A stretch of DNA of 64,000 bases from Octopus vulgaris (Eukaryota): the NCBI GenBank assembly GCA_951406725.2, contig OX597823.1, positions 110,670,001 through 110,734,000 of the forward strand. Direction: 5' to 3'. Numbering within the stretch: the first letter of the stretch is position 1; each line of letters begins with the position of its first letter. Positions 1 to 10,942 of this stretch are shown here, one piece after another. The notes beneath the pieces are model-generated. The model had not been told where the DNA came from. It did no database searches and worked only from the letters and a program-made list of their open reading frames with translations. The position numbers and the translations under genes were made by a program.

Positions 1-2
1 AG

Positions 3-258
3 TACCGGGATCTAACCATTGAATTACAGAGACTATGGAAAATGCAGGTAAAATGTATCCCAGTAGTTATAAGAGCATTGAGAACTATCCCTAAAGATCT
101 GAAAGGCATAAAACCAAGTTTAGTATAGCTCCAGAAAACAGTGTTATTAGGGACAGATAGGATTCATAGAAGGAGTCTTAGCATCTGAGTTTACTTGTTG
201 CAGCCTGATGCTAGGATTTTTTCGTTTCCAACATCCTAATCTGTTTTGTGCATATGAA
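3..258 (+). mobile_element. 3' end of R4/Dong-clade non-LTR retrotransposon (RLE endonuclease C-terminus plus 3' UTR), degenerate
   Basis: Frame 3..188 reads YRDLTIELQRLWKMQVKCIPVVIRALRTIPKDLKGIKPSLV*LQKTVLLGTDRIHRRSLSI*. This matches the KY.DL..E...LW....V..IP.VIGALGTIPK...LQK..LLGT.RILR signature of R4/Dong C-termini. In-frame TAG at 126-128. A short UTR runs into (TAA)n. Confidence 0.8.
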
Positions 259-317
<59 letters not shown>

Positions 318-543
318 TAACAACAACAATAATAATAATAATAACAACAATAACAACAATAATAATAATAATAACAACATTAACAATAATAATAATAATA
401 ATAATAATAATTATGATAATAATAATAATAATAACAATAATAATAACAACAACAACAACAACAATAATAATAATAATGATAATAACAACAACAACAATAA
501 TAACAACAACAACAACAACAACAACAACAATAATAATAATAAT
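259..543. repeat. (AAT/AAC)n microsatellite
   Basis: Seen directly. Confidence 0.97.
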
Positions 544-590
544 GTGTGTATGTATACACATATATTTGTTTATATATATGAATGTAAACA

Positions 591-680
591 CATCATCATC
601 ATCATCGTTTAGCATCCGCTTTCCATGCTAGCATGGTTTGGATGGTTCAACTGGGGTCTGGGAAGCCAGAAGGCTGCACT
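591..680 (-). mobile_element. RTE LINE 3' UTR terminal fragment with (GAT)n tail
   Basis: Reverse complement matches the terminus of the RTE at about 43530-43634 (ccatgctagcatggaaa.cgga.gctaaacgatgatg). Confidence 0.85.
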
Positions 681-694
681 CACATACATACATA

Positions 695-739
<45 letters not shown>

Positions 740-1034
740 GCATTATTAGATTGAGTATAACAAAAACAAACAAAAAAATAGTTACATTCGAGTTTGAGCA
801 TAGCAGCAAGTGAACCATTCCAGTACACTAGCAGAAAGAGTAGAAGTAGAAGGAAAAAAGTGTTTTCATGGGCTAATGATTGTCGTTTAGCTCTACGACA
901 ATCCTGATTGAGTAGGTTCATCCTTACAGGCTTTACAATGATACGATGATTTTAGAGATATATAGGATTGCACTTTCCAAATTATCCTTTCCTTATTTTT
1001 GATTTGTGGGGAGGTGAAATGATTTGGTTACTAT

Positions 1035-1294
1035 TTAACCCTTTTCTTGTATTCTTTCTGTGCCAGCATGCTACATTCACTTACCCTAACTGAAACCGCC
1101 TCTGGCTCTTTAGTACAAATATTTTGTTTTCATAAGTTTTGAATTAAAATCTTCCACCAAACCTTAGTTACAATTTAGGTTCCTAACACTAGCTGAATGA
1201 TAACTGAGTTATTTTACTAAATTCTTCGTTATATCTAAAGTAATTGAAAGAAACACAGAGCATCTCATAATAAATACAGTAACGAAAGGGTTAA
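1035..1294. mobile_element. TTAA-bounded (piggyBac-type) MITE, left end uncertain
   Basis: TTAA-CCCTTT at 1035-1044 and AAAGGG-TTAA at 1285-1294, with a partial terminal inverted repeat. Confidence 0.55.
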
Positions 1295-2000
1295 ACCACA
1301 GAGAAGTTTTCTCACTGGGTCAGACAGGTAATGGTATTTTTTGCTATTGGAAAGTTGGTGCAGAAAGTTATCTGTACAAGAGGGTGTCATCATTAGTGTG
1401 ATGATAACCATAGACAAAAGTGAGGGCAGTAGGGCAGCAGTTAGCAATGACTAAATGATAACAATGTTTTAAAAGGATGCTGTACACAGTTGGGTATTAT
1501 TATAAGTTAGTTGAAGATGCAAATTCCAAGTAAAAGAATGAAGAATTTACCATGGCCTGGTGTTACCTTAGGAGCAGTGTTTGAAGACAATGGCAAAATT
1601 GCTATCAGGGATGGTGGTCCCTTATAGTTAGATTATTAATATTTAGAAGTTGTGTAAAAATATCTTTATACTTATGATTATTGTTCCTGGGTTGAACTCC
1701 TCTATTCTTGAAAGAAAACCACAAGCATTTCTGTAAGTGGTGTCTGCAATACCATTTAGGATTCCCTTTGTAGCTGAGAGGCTTTTGCAAACTTGAAAGG
1801 CTCTAGAAATTTTCTTTGTAGTTTCAGAATGCATTGACCTTCTTCTAAATAATGCCTTCTTAATACCAAGCATATAAGTACCCTTTTTATATATAACGTA
1901 ACATTACCGTCATAGAAATATAAAGGGAATTTTGCTACGTATACAGAAGCAGGCAAATTTGTAAAGCTTTGAATAATGTCAAAGAAAAAATGTTGCTTCT
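1295..2000 (-). mobile_element. heavily decayed Penelope-like element remnant (RT thumb and Cys-rich linker)
   Basis: Frameshifted peptides VTLYIK, LFRRRSMHSE, LSYKGNPKW, NCCP and NTITCLTQ occur in the order expected for PLE T.LY.KPT / LRRICS / RGYP / Cys linker / ITC. Confidence 0.4.
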
Positions 2001-2054
2001 GGGAAAAGTTGCTTGCATTGTCATTACATAGGACAATGCAGTAAGGATAATGCG

Positions 2055-2147
2055 ATGATGTTGACGACGACGACGATGTTGCTGATGATGATGATGATGA
2101 CGACGATGATGATGATGTTGATGATGATGATGATGGTTATGATTGTG

Positions 2148-2210
<63 letters not shown>

Positions 2211-2221
2211 GTGATGATGAT
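2055..2221. repeat. (GAT)n microsatellite
   Basis: Seen directly. Confidence 0.95.
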
Positions 2222-2224
2222 TCT

Positions 2225-2400
2225 TTCCAATTTTGGCACAAAGCCAGCAATTCTAAGGGGTGGAGGAAGTCTATTACATCAAACCCAGCATTAAATTGAC
2301 ATTTATTTCATGGATCTTGAAAGGATGAAAGGCAACAGTGACCTTGGTGAAATTCGAACTCAAAATGTAAAGCTAGAAGAAATGCTTAACAGCATTTTGT
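2225..2400 (-). mobile_element. old SINE related to family B
   Basis: Contains the degenerate family-B core gaaaggatgaaaggcaa..gtgacct..gt.gaa.t.gaactca. Confidence 0.6.
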
Positions 2401-2401
2401 A

Positions 2402-2473
2402 GCATCGGTAGTATAGTGGTAAGTATACCCGCCTGTCACGAGGGAGACCGAGGTTCGATTCCCTGCTGGGGAG
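2402..2473 (+). pseudogene. tRNA-Asp(GTC) pseudogene
   Basis: 72 nt colinear with eukaryotic tRNA-Asp: TAGTATAGTGGT A box, CCCGC-CTGTCAC-GAGGG anticodon arm with GTC at 2435-2437, GGTTCGATTCC B box. Acceptor, anticodon and T stems contain mismatches. Confidence 0.85.
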
Positions 2474-2490
2474 GCTTCCATATAGTTATA

Positions 2491-2661
2491 GGCGTAGAAG
2501 TGGCTGTGTGGTAATTAGCTTGCTTAAAAAAGAAAAGGTTCTGGGTTCAGTCCCACTGCGTGGCACCTTGGGCAAGTGTCTTCTACTATAACCTCGGGCC
2601 GGCTAAAGCCTTGTGAGTGGATTTGGTAGACGGAAGCTGAAAGAAGCCTGTCATATGTATG

Positions 2662-2716
<55 letters not shown>

Positions 2717-2822
2717 ATATGTTTGTGTATCTGTGTTGTCCCCCCAACATCACTTGACAACTGATGCTTGTAAGTGGATTTGGTAGACGGAAACTGAAAG
2801 AAGCCTGTCGTATGTATGTATA

Positions 2823-2853
<31 letters not shown>

Positions 2854-3073
2854 GTGTGTGTATATGTTTGTGTGTCTGTGTTACCCCCCCCCCAACATCA
2901 CTTGACAACTGATGCTGGTGTGTTTACGTCCCTGTAACTTAGTGGTTCAGCAAAAGAGACTGATAGAGTAAGTACTAGGCTTACAAAGAATAAGTCCTGG
3001 GGTCGATTTGCTTGACTAAAAGGCGGTGCTCCGGCATGGCCACAGTCAAATGACTGAAACAAGTAAAAGAGTA
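2491..3073 (+). mobile_element. SINE family A (tRNA head, CORE-like ccttgggcaagt motif, internal (TA)/(TG) tract, GTAAAAGA tail) with internal duplication
   Basis: More than 12 homologous copies in the window. The segment gtggatttggtagacggaa..gaaagaagcctgtc occurs twice. Confidence 0.9.
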
Positions 3074-3534
3074 AGTGCCATAACTACTTTTGCCAGCTTG
3101 CTGCCTTCATAATAAGCCATGATTGCTTCTTCCTGTTATGGAGACTTAAACTAACTAAATTGGTTCTCTATTACATCTTAATTTTTCTCTAAAATCTTCC
3201 CCTCAGACTTCAAACAAACTGAATCATGAATTGGTCATTAAATGCTACTGAGTTTGCAGTGATACCGCGTCTGGTCATTCAATTTATTACTGCATATCAC
3301 TGTACTGTGTTGTAGCATATTCTAAGACTAACAGAAAATTCGCATAGAACAAACTAGTTGCTATTTAGAAACTAATTTTCTCATAAAGTTTTAGAACACA
3401 TTGCAGATTATTAAATTTATATATCTGTCACTGTTCTTCCTCTGTGTATTGGCCCTGTCCCTCAAAAATGCATATCTTGAAGCCTATATCAAACCATGGT
3501 TAACACTCGGTAGGACCTTAATAATTTAATTCTC

Positions 3535-3942
3535 TTTCTCTTTCTCTTTTACTTGTTTCAGTCATTTGACTGTGGCCATGCTGGAGCACCGCCTTTAGTC
3601 GAGCAAATTGCCCCCAGAACTTATTGTTTGGAAGCCTAGTACTTATTCTATCGGTCTCTTTTGCCTTACTGCTAAGTTACGGGGGACGTAAACACACCAA
3701 CATCGGTTGTTAAGCAATGTTGGGGGGACAAACACAGACACGCAAACATATACACACACATACATATATATATACATACATATATACGAGAGGCTTCTTT
3801 CAGTTTCCATCTACCAAATCCACTCACAAGGCTTTGGTCAGCACGAAGCTATAGTAGAAGACACTTGCCCAAGGTGCCATGCAGTGGGAATGAACCCAGA
3901 ACTATGTGGTTGGTAAGCAAGCTACTTACCACGCAGCCACTC
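3535..3942 (-). mobile_element. SINE family A
   Basis: Near full-length reverse-complement copy. Confidence 0.9.
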
Positions 3943-4012
3943 ATGAAATTTTGTGATTTTCACTACTAGAATAGCTGCAGTCTAATGACTGAAATAAAAG
4001 ATAAAAGATATA

Positions 4013-4260
4013 TCATCATCATCATCATAGCCACCACCATCAACATCATCATCATCATCATCATCATCGTCGTCATATGATGTCTGTTGTCCATGCTGGC
4101 ATGGGTTGGATGGTGTGACTAGAGCTGGCAAGCTGGAGAGTGGAGGGTGTTGGTGGCTGCACTAGACTCCCGTCTCATTTGACATTGTGTCTACGGCAGG
4201 ATGCCCTTCCTAATGCCAACCACTTTACACAGTGTGATGGATGCTTTTACGTGGCATCCT
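4013..4260 (-). mobile_element. RTE 3' UTR fragment
   Basis: ccatgctggcatgggttgga...ggatgcccttcctaatgccaaccact matches the RTE terminus. Confidence 0.8.
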
Positions 4261-4464
4261 ATAAATATATATACCATAGTTACCATCCTTATCCATACTT
4301 TTACATCTGCATGGGTTGGTGGGATTCAGCCTCACAAGCCCAGTATTTATACATATTTTTCCTATACACTCCTTAGTGCTCATCTTTCTCCATATCTTAC
4401 AATTAAATGTTTTAGTACTTCACTCACCAACCTTTTGCACCACGTATCGTTGCTAGTGCATAAT

Positions 4465-4765
4465 CATCATCATTGTTTGACCGTGGTCGAGACAATGGAA
4501 TTTACTATGTTACACCAGACCTCACGGTCCATTATAGCATTACGGAGGTCCTGTTGCTGGATGCCTGTATCCCTGGAGATTACATCAGGGTAGGAGTGTG
4601 TGCGCCCTCTGGTATCACGAGCAGATGGCTTCCAGAAGAGAAGAGTAGAAATTGCCTCGTTTTCAGCTCTACTACAATGTCCAGCAAACTGGACTCTTCT
4701 ACCTTTCACAAGAGATGATACAGGTGGTAATTTCCCATATATTTGTACTTTGGTTGGATGACGCT
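4465..4765 (-). mobile_element. 3' fragment of a second RTE-group LINE
   Basis: Encodes PTKVQIYGKLPPVSSLVKGRRVQFAGHCSRAENEAISTLLFWKPSARDTRGRTHSYPDVISRDTG...DREVW...*, then an (ATG)n tail. A second copy lies at 35234-35455. Confidence 0.8.
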
Positions 4766-4859
4766 TCCATGACAGATCTTGCTAGTGCAGTTTCTCCTCC
4801 TATACACTACATTTCTCTTATATCAGTTTTGATCTCAGCTGGTTTGTACTCCATCGTCC

Positions 4860-5050
4860 ATACACACTACAATTACATGTAAAGCAGAGCAAACACATCT
4901 CATTTCTTTCCACCGATCCTAATCTTCCACCTTGAATCTCATATCTTACTACCATGCTATGTAGTTCTCTGTACACAGACCTCATACAATCTGCCCTTCA
5001 TTCAGACACAGAATGGTCTTATTACCAACAGAAGCATTAGATCCCTTTTC
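4860..5050 (-). mobile_element. old decayed RTE coding fragment
   Basis: RDLMLLLVIRPFCV*MKGRLYEVCVQRTT*HGS aligns to RELLPLLVTKGLSHRVKGRLYDACVRTAMLHGS of the RTE at 41472-43019. Confidence 0.7.
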
Positions 5051-5167
5051 TATATACTATATGTTTGAGTGCATAACCAGCTGTGTGTGTATGCATTCAC
5101 ATTTGTGTGTGTCTATATATGGGTGTGTGTGTGTGTGTGTGTGTGTTTTATAGACATATATACATGC

Positions 5168-5406
5168 GAAGGCGGCGAGCTGGCAGAAACGTTAGCACAC
5201 CGGGCAAAATGCGTAGCCGTATTTTGTCTGCCGTTACGTTCTGAGTTCAAATTCAGCCGAGGTTGACTTTGACTTTGCCTTTCATCCTTTCGGAGTCAAC
5301 AAATTAAGTACTAGTTACGCACTGGGGTCGATATGATCGACTTAATCCATTTGTCTGTCCTTGATTGTCCCTTCTGTGTTTAGCACCCTGTGGGTAGTTA
5401 TGAAAT
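5168..5406 (+). mobile_element. SINE family B, full length with 12-bp TSD
   Basis: Head ggcggcgagctggcagaaacgttagc, B-box-like gagttcaaatt, core gactttgcctttcatcctttcg. TSD atatatacatgc at 5156-5167 and 5407-5418. Confidence 0.9.
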
Positions 5407-5689
5407 ATATATACATGCATTCATGCACGGATATGCATTTTGTGTTTAGTGCATGTATGAATTTACTTAACTCTTTCTCAGGGCTCTTTTCTGCTCTATT
5501 CATGGAAACAGTTTAACAAAAAGAAAAGGAGGAAGAAAATACCCCAGGAGAATATATACCTTATTTCCATCTTGGAATAACTTGCAGGTTTTTATTATTT
5601 CTTATAGAAAAGCTTAATTTATTGCCTTATACAATTAGTTGTCATGGAAATGACTCCTGTTAACCACTATAAATACAATAAACAAAATA

Positions 5690-5900
5690 CAGACATATAG
5701 TGATAGACAGATAAGTAGGTAGGTAGATAAAGTCATTGATAGATTGATAGATATACTGACTGAGAGATTGAAAGACAGACAGACAGACAGGCAGACAGAT
5801 AGATAGATAGATACATACATACATACATACATACATACAGCCAGACAGACAGATAGATAGATAAACGTACATACATACATACAGACAGACAGACAGACAA

Positions 5901-5933
<33 letters not shown>

Positions 5934-5987
5934 TAGATAGATAGATAGATAGATAGATATAGATAGATGGATAGATAGACAATAGAC

Positions 5988-6042
<55 letters not shown>

Positions 6043-6090
6043 TAGGTGATTAGATGGCTGAATGGATAGATTGATAGGCACATAGATATA
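5690..6090. repeat. compound (GATA)/(GACA)/(CATA)n microsatellite
   Basis: Seen directly. Confidence 0.95.
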
Positions 6091-7595
6091 TAAACAGTTA
6101 AATTCATATAAAGGCAGATAGACAGAAAGGGGGCAGGGAAGGAGAAATGTCTAGCACAGCTGTACATCATTGAAAAATCTGGGGAGACATGCTGTGAGAT
6201 GTCAACAGAATCATCAAGCTTGGCTTTTTTTAATGTATTGCTTGGCACAGCACCAGAATTGTGAGTTATTTTAGCACATCTCCCAATGTTTGTATTAAAT
6301 CTATATATTGGTTAACTGTCTTTCCTAGTTGGATACGCTGTCATTATTGCTGTTTTGAGATGTTCCTACTGCTGTTAGATTACGATAACGATGATATTGA
6401 TGAATATGCTGTTATTAGTGTTGTTTCACCACAAGTCAATCCTGAATGAGCAGGTTTGTGATCAAAGACAATCCAGCTGTGACCATCTTGCTGTTTTCTA
6501 CGTGCAAACAACCCAAGACCATATCACCCAACATATCCTTTTCGCTAAAATAGTATTTTAGAAGTTGTAGGAGATTTGGCTGCTGTTTCTAGCAGTTCAA
6601 ACAACCATGCAAAGGCTACCCAGTCATTTTTAATGATATTGTGGGTTTTGTTGTTTTGTTGTTTCTAAATTTTTTTACATTAATATTTGTCATGTTGGTA
6701 TTGTTGTTCATCCCTAGATTAGCCCTTTGATCAATGTTTCACAGGCTATGCATGAAAGTAGATCAATATATATTCCAGACAGACACTTCTTTATCGCCAT
6801 ATTGATTCAAACAACTTAACCTGCGCCTTACATCTAACGTCATTAAACTGAACCATCTTTCAATCCTTTTAATTATTTATTTTAAATATTTGACGAAATC
6901 TCTAAGTAGAATAATTTTCTCATTCATTAACTTAAATTTTCCATGTTGCTTCACTTAATCAATGATGTTGTTTCTGATTTGCTTAATAATTATTAACCTA
7001 AGATCATTATCTTGATTTAATTGTCTAACTAATTAATAGACATTAACTTAAAAATCTTAAGAACATTATTACTAATTTAAATGATTAATGATTATTTAGT
7101 GAAGAACATTATAAAATCATTTCTTCAATAACTTAGAAATCTAAAGAATTCTTCCAATTTAATAGTCAAATAATTATCAATTTAAGAAAATTTCTGTATA
7201 CCTATAAATACTTCTTTATACTCACTCTAAAATCAAAATCTCTAAATATACAGTTCTAATCTCATTTATGAAATTAGGAGTTTTTCTTATCACTTCCAGT
7301 GTCTGAGACAGATCCAGAGCTTATTCAAAATACTCTATCTGTCTGTCACAAAGAGTGTTTACTCTTTCTCTCCACATAGTTGTTAACTTTCATCTATCAT
7401 TCAAACATTTCCCAAATTAATTCCTTTCCCTCTCCGTAAATAGGGATTGGTCAGCTGGAAGATCCCATATATGACTCACTATTACACTCTCCAAATAAAA
7501 ACCACACCCTATAAATTAGCAGCCCTGAAATTTTTCTGAATCCAATCAGTCTCTGACAAATCCTGTAGACAAGGAAAGAAGACCAGATTATAAAC

Positions 7596-8212
7596 ATCAT
7601 CATCATCATCATCGTTTAACGTCCGTTTTCCATGCTAGCACAGGTTGGACGGTTCGACCGGGGTCTGGGAAGCCAGGAGGTTGCACCAGGCTCCAGTTTG
7701 ATCTGGCAGTGTTTCTACAGCTGGATGCCCTTTTTAACACCAACCACTCCATGAGTGTAGTGGGTGCTTTTTATGTGCCACTGGCACAGGTGCCAGGGGA
7801 AGCTGGCAGCAGCCACGATCGTTTGGTGCTTTTTACTTGCCACTGGCACAGAAGCCAGTCAAGGCAGAGCTGGCATCAGCCATGTTCGGCTGGTGCTTTT
7901 TACGTGCCACTGGCACAGAAGCCAGTCAAGGCAGAGCTGGCATCAGCCATGTTCGGCTGGAGCTTTTTACGTGCCACTGGCACAGAAGCCAGTCAAGGCA
8001 GAGCTGGCATCAGCCATGTTCGGCTGGTGCTTTTTACTTGCCACTGGCACAGAAGCCAGTCAAGGCAGTGCTGGCATCAGCCATGTTCGGCTGGTGCTTT
8101 TTACGTGCCACTGGCACAGAAGCCAGTCAAGGCAGTGCTGGCATCGGCCACGTTCAGATGGTGCTTTTTACGTGTCACCGGCACAGGTATCACAGCTACA
8201 GTTTCCATTTGA
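7596..8212 (-). mobile_element. RTE 3' UTR fragment containing a 67-bp tandem array
   Basis: Matches about 43260-43634. Units start at 7824, 7891, 7958, 8025, 8092 and 8159. Confidence 0.88.
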
Positions 8213-8991
8213 TGGCTCAAACTATTACATCTGAAACAAAACTATAACACTGTCTTGTCAACTGACAAACATTTACAACAAAGAGCTATTGCAATTCCCT
8301 ACGAAATAATACTTGGAATAAAATAAGGTAGAAAAATATTAGATGGTAACACTGCAATTGTATATAGAATTCCATAAAAACGGGAGGAATAAACATGGAA
8401 ATTTTACCAGTAGCAAAATATAAAGCAAAAATCAATGTATAGATACATCACATACAAATACATCATAAAACACAGCAAAACTTACCATTGTATGATATTC
8501 AAATCCACAATTGATAACTTTAGTCAGTGATAACATTATTCCTATGATCCTACTTAAAGTGCATAACCAAGACGTTGTTATTACTGTCTTCTTATTCTGG
8601 TGATGAGGCTGTGAAGGTCTTGAATGGACTAAAGGATTTAGGGATGCTATCATTTCAAAACTAAACGTACCCAAGACAACACGTAAACATAGTATTCATA
8701 CATATGCGTGTGTATGTATGCATGCATGTATGTATGTGTGTGTATATACATACAAACACACACACACATATATATATATGTTTATGTATGTAGTATGTAT
8801 AGATCTAAATGCACATATACATACATACACAAACATTCATATTCATACATAGATATACATACATACATACAAACATACATACATACATACAAACATACAT
8901 ACATACAAACATACATACATACATACATACATGCATGCATGCATACATACATACATACATACATACATACATACATGCATGCATGCATGCA

Positions 8992-9049
<58 letters not shown>

Positions 9050-9180
9050 CCATTCTGCCTAAGAAATGGATCTACAACTTCAATATCCCTACATAACTCA
9101 CATCTATTTGCTTTCCTCCATCTCACTCTCTATTTTGTATCCTATCTAAATTAATTATTACTTAACCATCCTCTCACACC

Positions 9181-9232
9181 GTCTCCGATGAAGGGATATA
9201 ATTAATAAATATCTTAGAAACAGCTGTAAGAC
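9181..9232 (+). ncRNA. minimal type-I hammerhead ribozyme motif (core variant CCGAUGA)
   Basis: GUCU-CCGAUGA-A-GGGAUAU[loop]AUAUCUU-A-GAA-ACAGCUGU-A-AGAC. Stem I GUCU/AGAC, 7-bp stem II, palindromic stem III, GUA site. Confidence 0.65.
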
Positions 9233-9469
9233 CTTCTATCTATAAATGTTCTAATATCTACACAGCCTTGGTTTCTTTTATCTCATTACACAAAAAATTC
9301 TTATATATACATATATGCATGCATATACTTATGTACACATATATATAAACTCACACACACACGAAGAAGAGAAAGAATGTTTGTTCATCAGGATGAAAGA
9401 TTTTCACCTTAAGACAAAATTGCTTAAAATAAGTAGAGGATGTATCATATTTCTTTGCTCTGGATATTT

Positions 9470-10250
9470 TCATTGCTTTCTTTGTGGAAAAGTGAGTATA
9501 CAGAATCTTGGTGAAACTCATATGATCTCCCTCTGTGTGCTTCATCCTTAACAACTGTCTCCAGCACCTCAATATATATCCATCAGCATTAATTCTAAGA
9601 TCCTGTAGTTAGATGCTGATTGGTATGTCATGACCTTCATTACTTACTACAACTAAAACCATCACAGTTGCTGGAAACTTAATGTACATCACCCTGAGAT
9701 CATCAGAAGGAATGGAATATTACCATCTGTTATCTCACCCTGTTTGATATTTGGTCTTGTTTGGAGTTTTTCTCATGAAAGGAGAATAAAATTATGCCAT
9801 GTTTATGTGGATTTTAAACCTTGTTAGGTGCATAAAACTTGTTGAATGACCTCAAGTATCACAGTTCTCATAGGCCTCTCTCTAACATCTAAAGTTCTTT
9901 GGCAATGTTCCTCGTTAGTTTTCCAGGATCATCATCGGTAAGGTTTCGAAACCATTGGAAGAATTTTGGTGTTATATAGTCTCTGAATGTTTAGAATATA
10001 TTTTTCCTTGTTGATACATCTGCAGCATTTCCATCGGAGGCCTTCACCTTTATCAGTACTTTGTGTGCAAAAGATCTTGTAACATTTAAAATGTTAGCAA
10101 TTTTTAAATCCACAATTATGAGAATAATAACTGCATATCTTTTCATTTCTTGTACTAGAATTGTTCTGCCATGGTGGTATGAAAGAAATAAAATTATTCA
10201 GTTGGTTTGAAGAGAGTAATATACTGATAATTGAGTATCCTCCTTACACC
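9470..10250 (-). mobile_element. decayed Tc1/mariner-superfamily transposon, maT (DD37D)-like
   Basis: From ATG 10146: MKRYAVII..IANILNVTRSFAHKV..RKKYSKHSETI*TPKF..DDDPGK..NIAKEL. Then FSFHEKNSKQDQ, KFPATVMVLVVVSNEGH, LRINADGYI and FHQDS, with frameshifts. Confidence 0.75.
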
Positions 10251-10267
10251 GTGTGCATGTGTGTGTG

Positions 10268-10315
<48 letters not shown>

Positions 10316-10322
10316 CATAGAC

Positions 10323-10369
<47 letters not shown>

Positions 10370-10407
10370 TTAGAATAAATCAAACTTACATCAGATTTAG
10401 GATTGAA

Positions 10408-10440
<33 letters not shown>

Positions 10441-10453
10441 TAAATATTTAAAC

Positions 10454-10512
10454 CGCCTGATGAATGACTGTAACTCGAAATTAAAGAATTAACAGCATGA
10501 AACATCGTAGTG
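10454..10512 (+). ncRNA. type-I hammerhead ribozyme-like motif
   Basis: CGC-CUGAUGA-A-UG(A)CUGU...ACAGCA-U-GAA-AC auc GU-A-GUG. Core is intact, stems are imperfect. Confidence 0.55.
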
Positions 10513-10646
10513 ATATATTAATTATATTTTTTAATAATTTTGTCATATATTTAAATAATATAAATTAAATAATCTTATGTATTGGCTTAAGTTTTCATTG
10601 TATGATTTGCAATAGTGGTTTTGTCTTACACACACACATATATAGT

Positions 10647-10942
10647 GTAGGTACATGGTTCAGTGGTTATTGTATCGGTCTCACAATCATGAGGTTGTGA
10701 GTTCAATTCCTACACAGAGCTGTGTGTTGGGTTCTTCAGCAAGGCACTTCATTTCATGCTGGTCTGGTTCACTCAACTGTAGAAATGAGTTGTGACATCA
10801 CTGATGCCATGCTGTATTGGCCTTTGCCTTTCCTTTGGATAACATCACTAGCATGGAGAGGCTGGTCTTCCATAAGCAACCTTGCCCAGAAGGTAACTTT
10901 CTAGGAGCAATATCATGGTCATTCATGACCAGAGGGTGTCTT
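10647..10942 (+). mobile_element. SINE family D (tRNA head, V-domain-like cttgagcaaggcactt motif)
   Basis: A box tggttcagtgg and B box gagttcaattcc. Homologous to 45914-46241 and 60345-60652. Confidence 0.75.

Noticed and set aside
147-631. Poly-Asn/Ile/Leu ORFs, and the many [12 protein letters not shown], poly-His/Asp/Val ORFs throughout the track
   Set aside because: These are translations of microsatellites that lack stop codons; there is no splice or homology support.
6110-6300. Protein-looking frames on both strands (e.g. KKAKLDDSVDISQHVSPDF)
   Set aside because: No convincing acceptor/donor pair and no recognisable homology.
6900-7400. Possible PLE N-terminal RT relic (LLYTHSKI resembling LY.LPKIHK)
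   Set aside because: Too degraded and AT-rich to support beyond one motif.
7824-8190. CRISPR-like appearance of regular repeats
   Set aside because: Units are contiguous and near-identical with no unique spacers, the context is eukaryotic, there are no cas genes, and the unit derives from the RTE 3' UTR.
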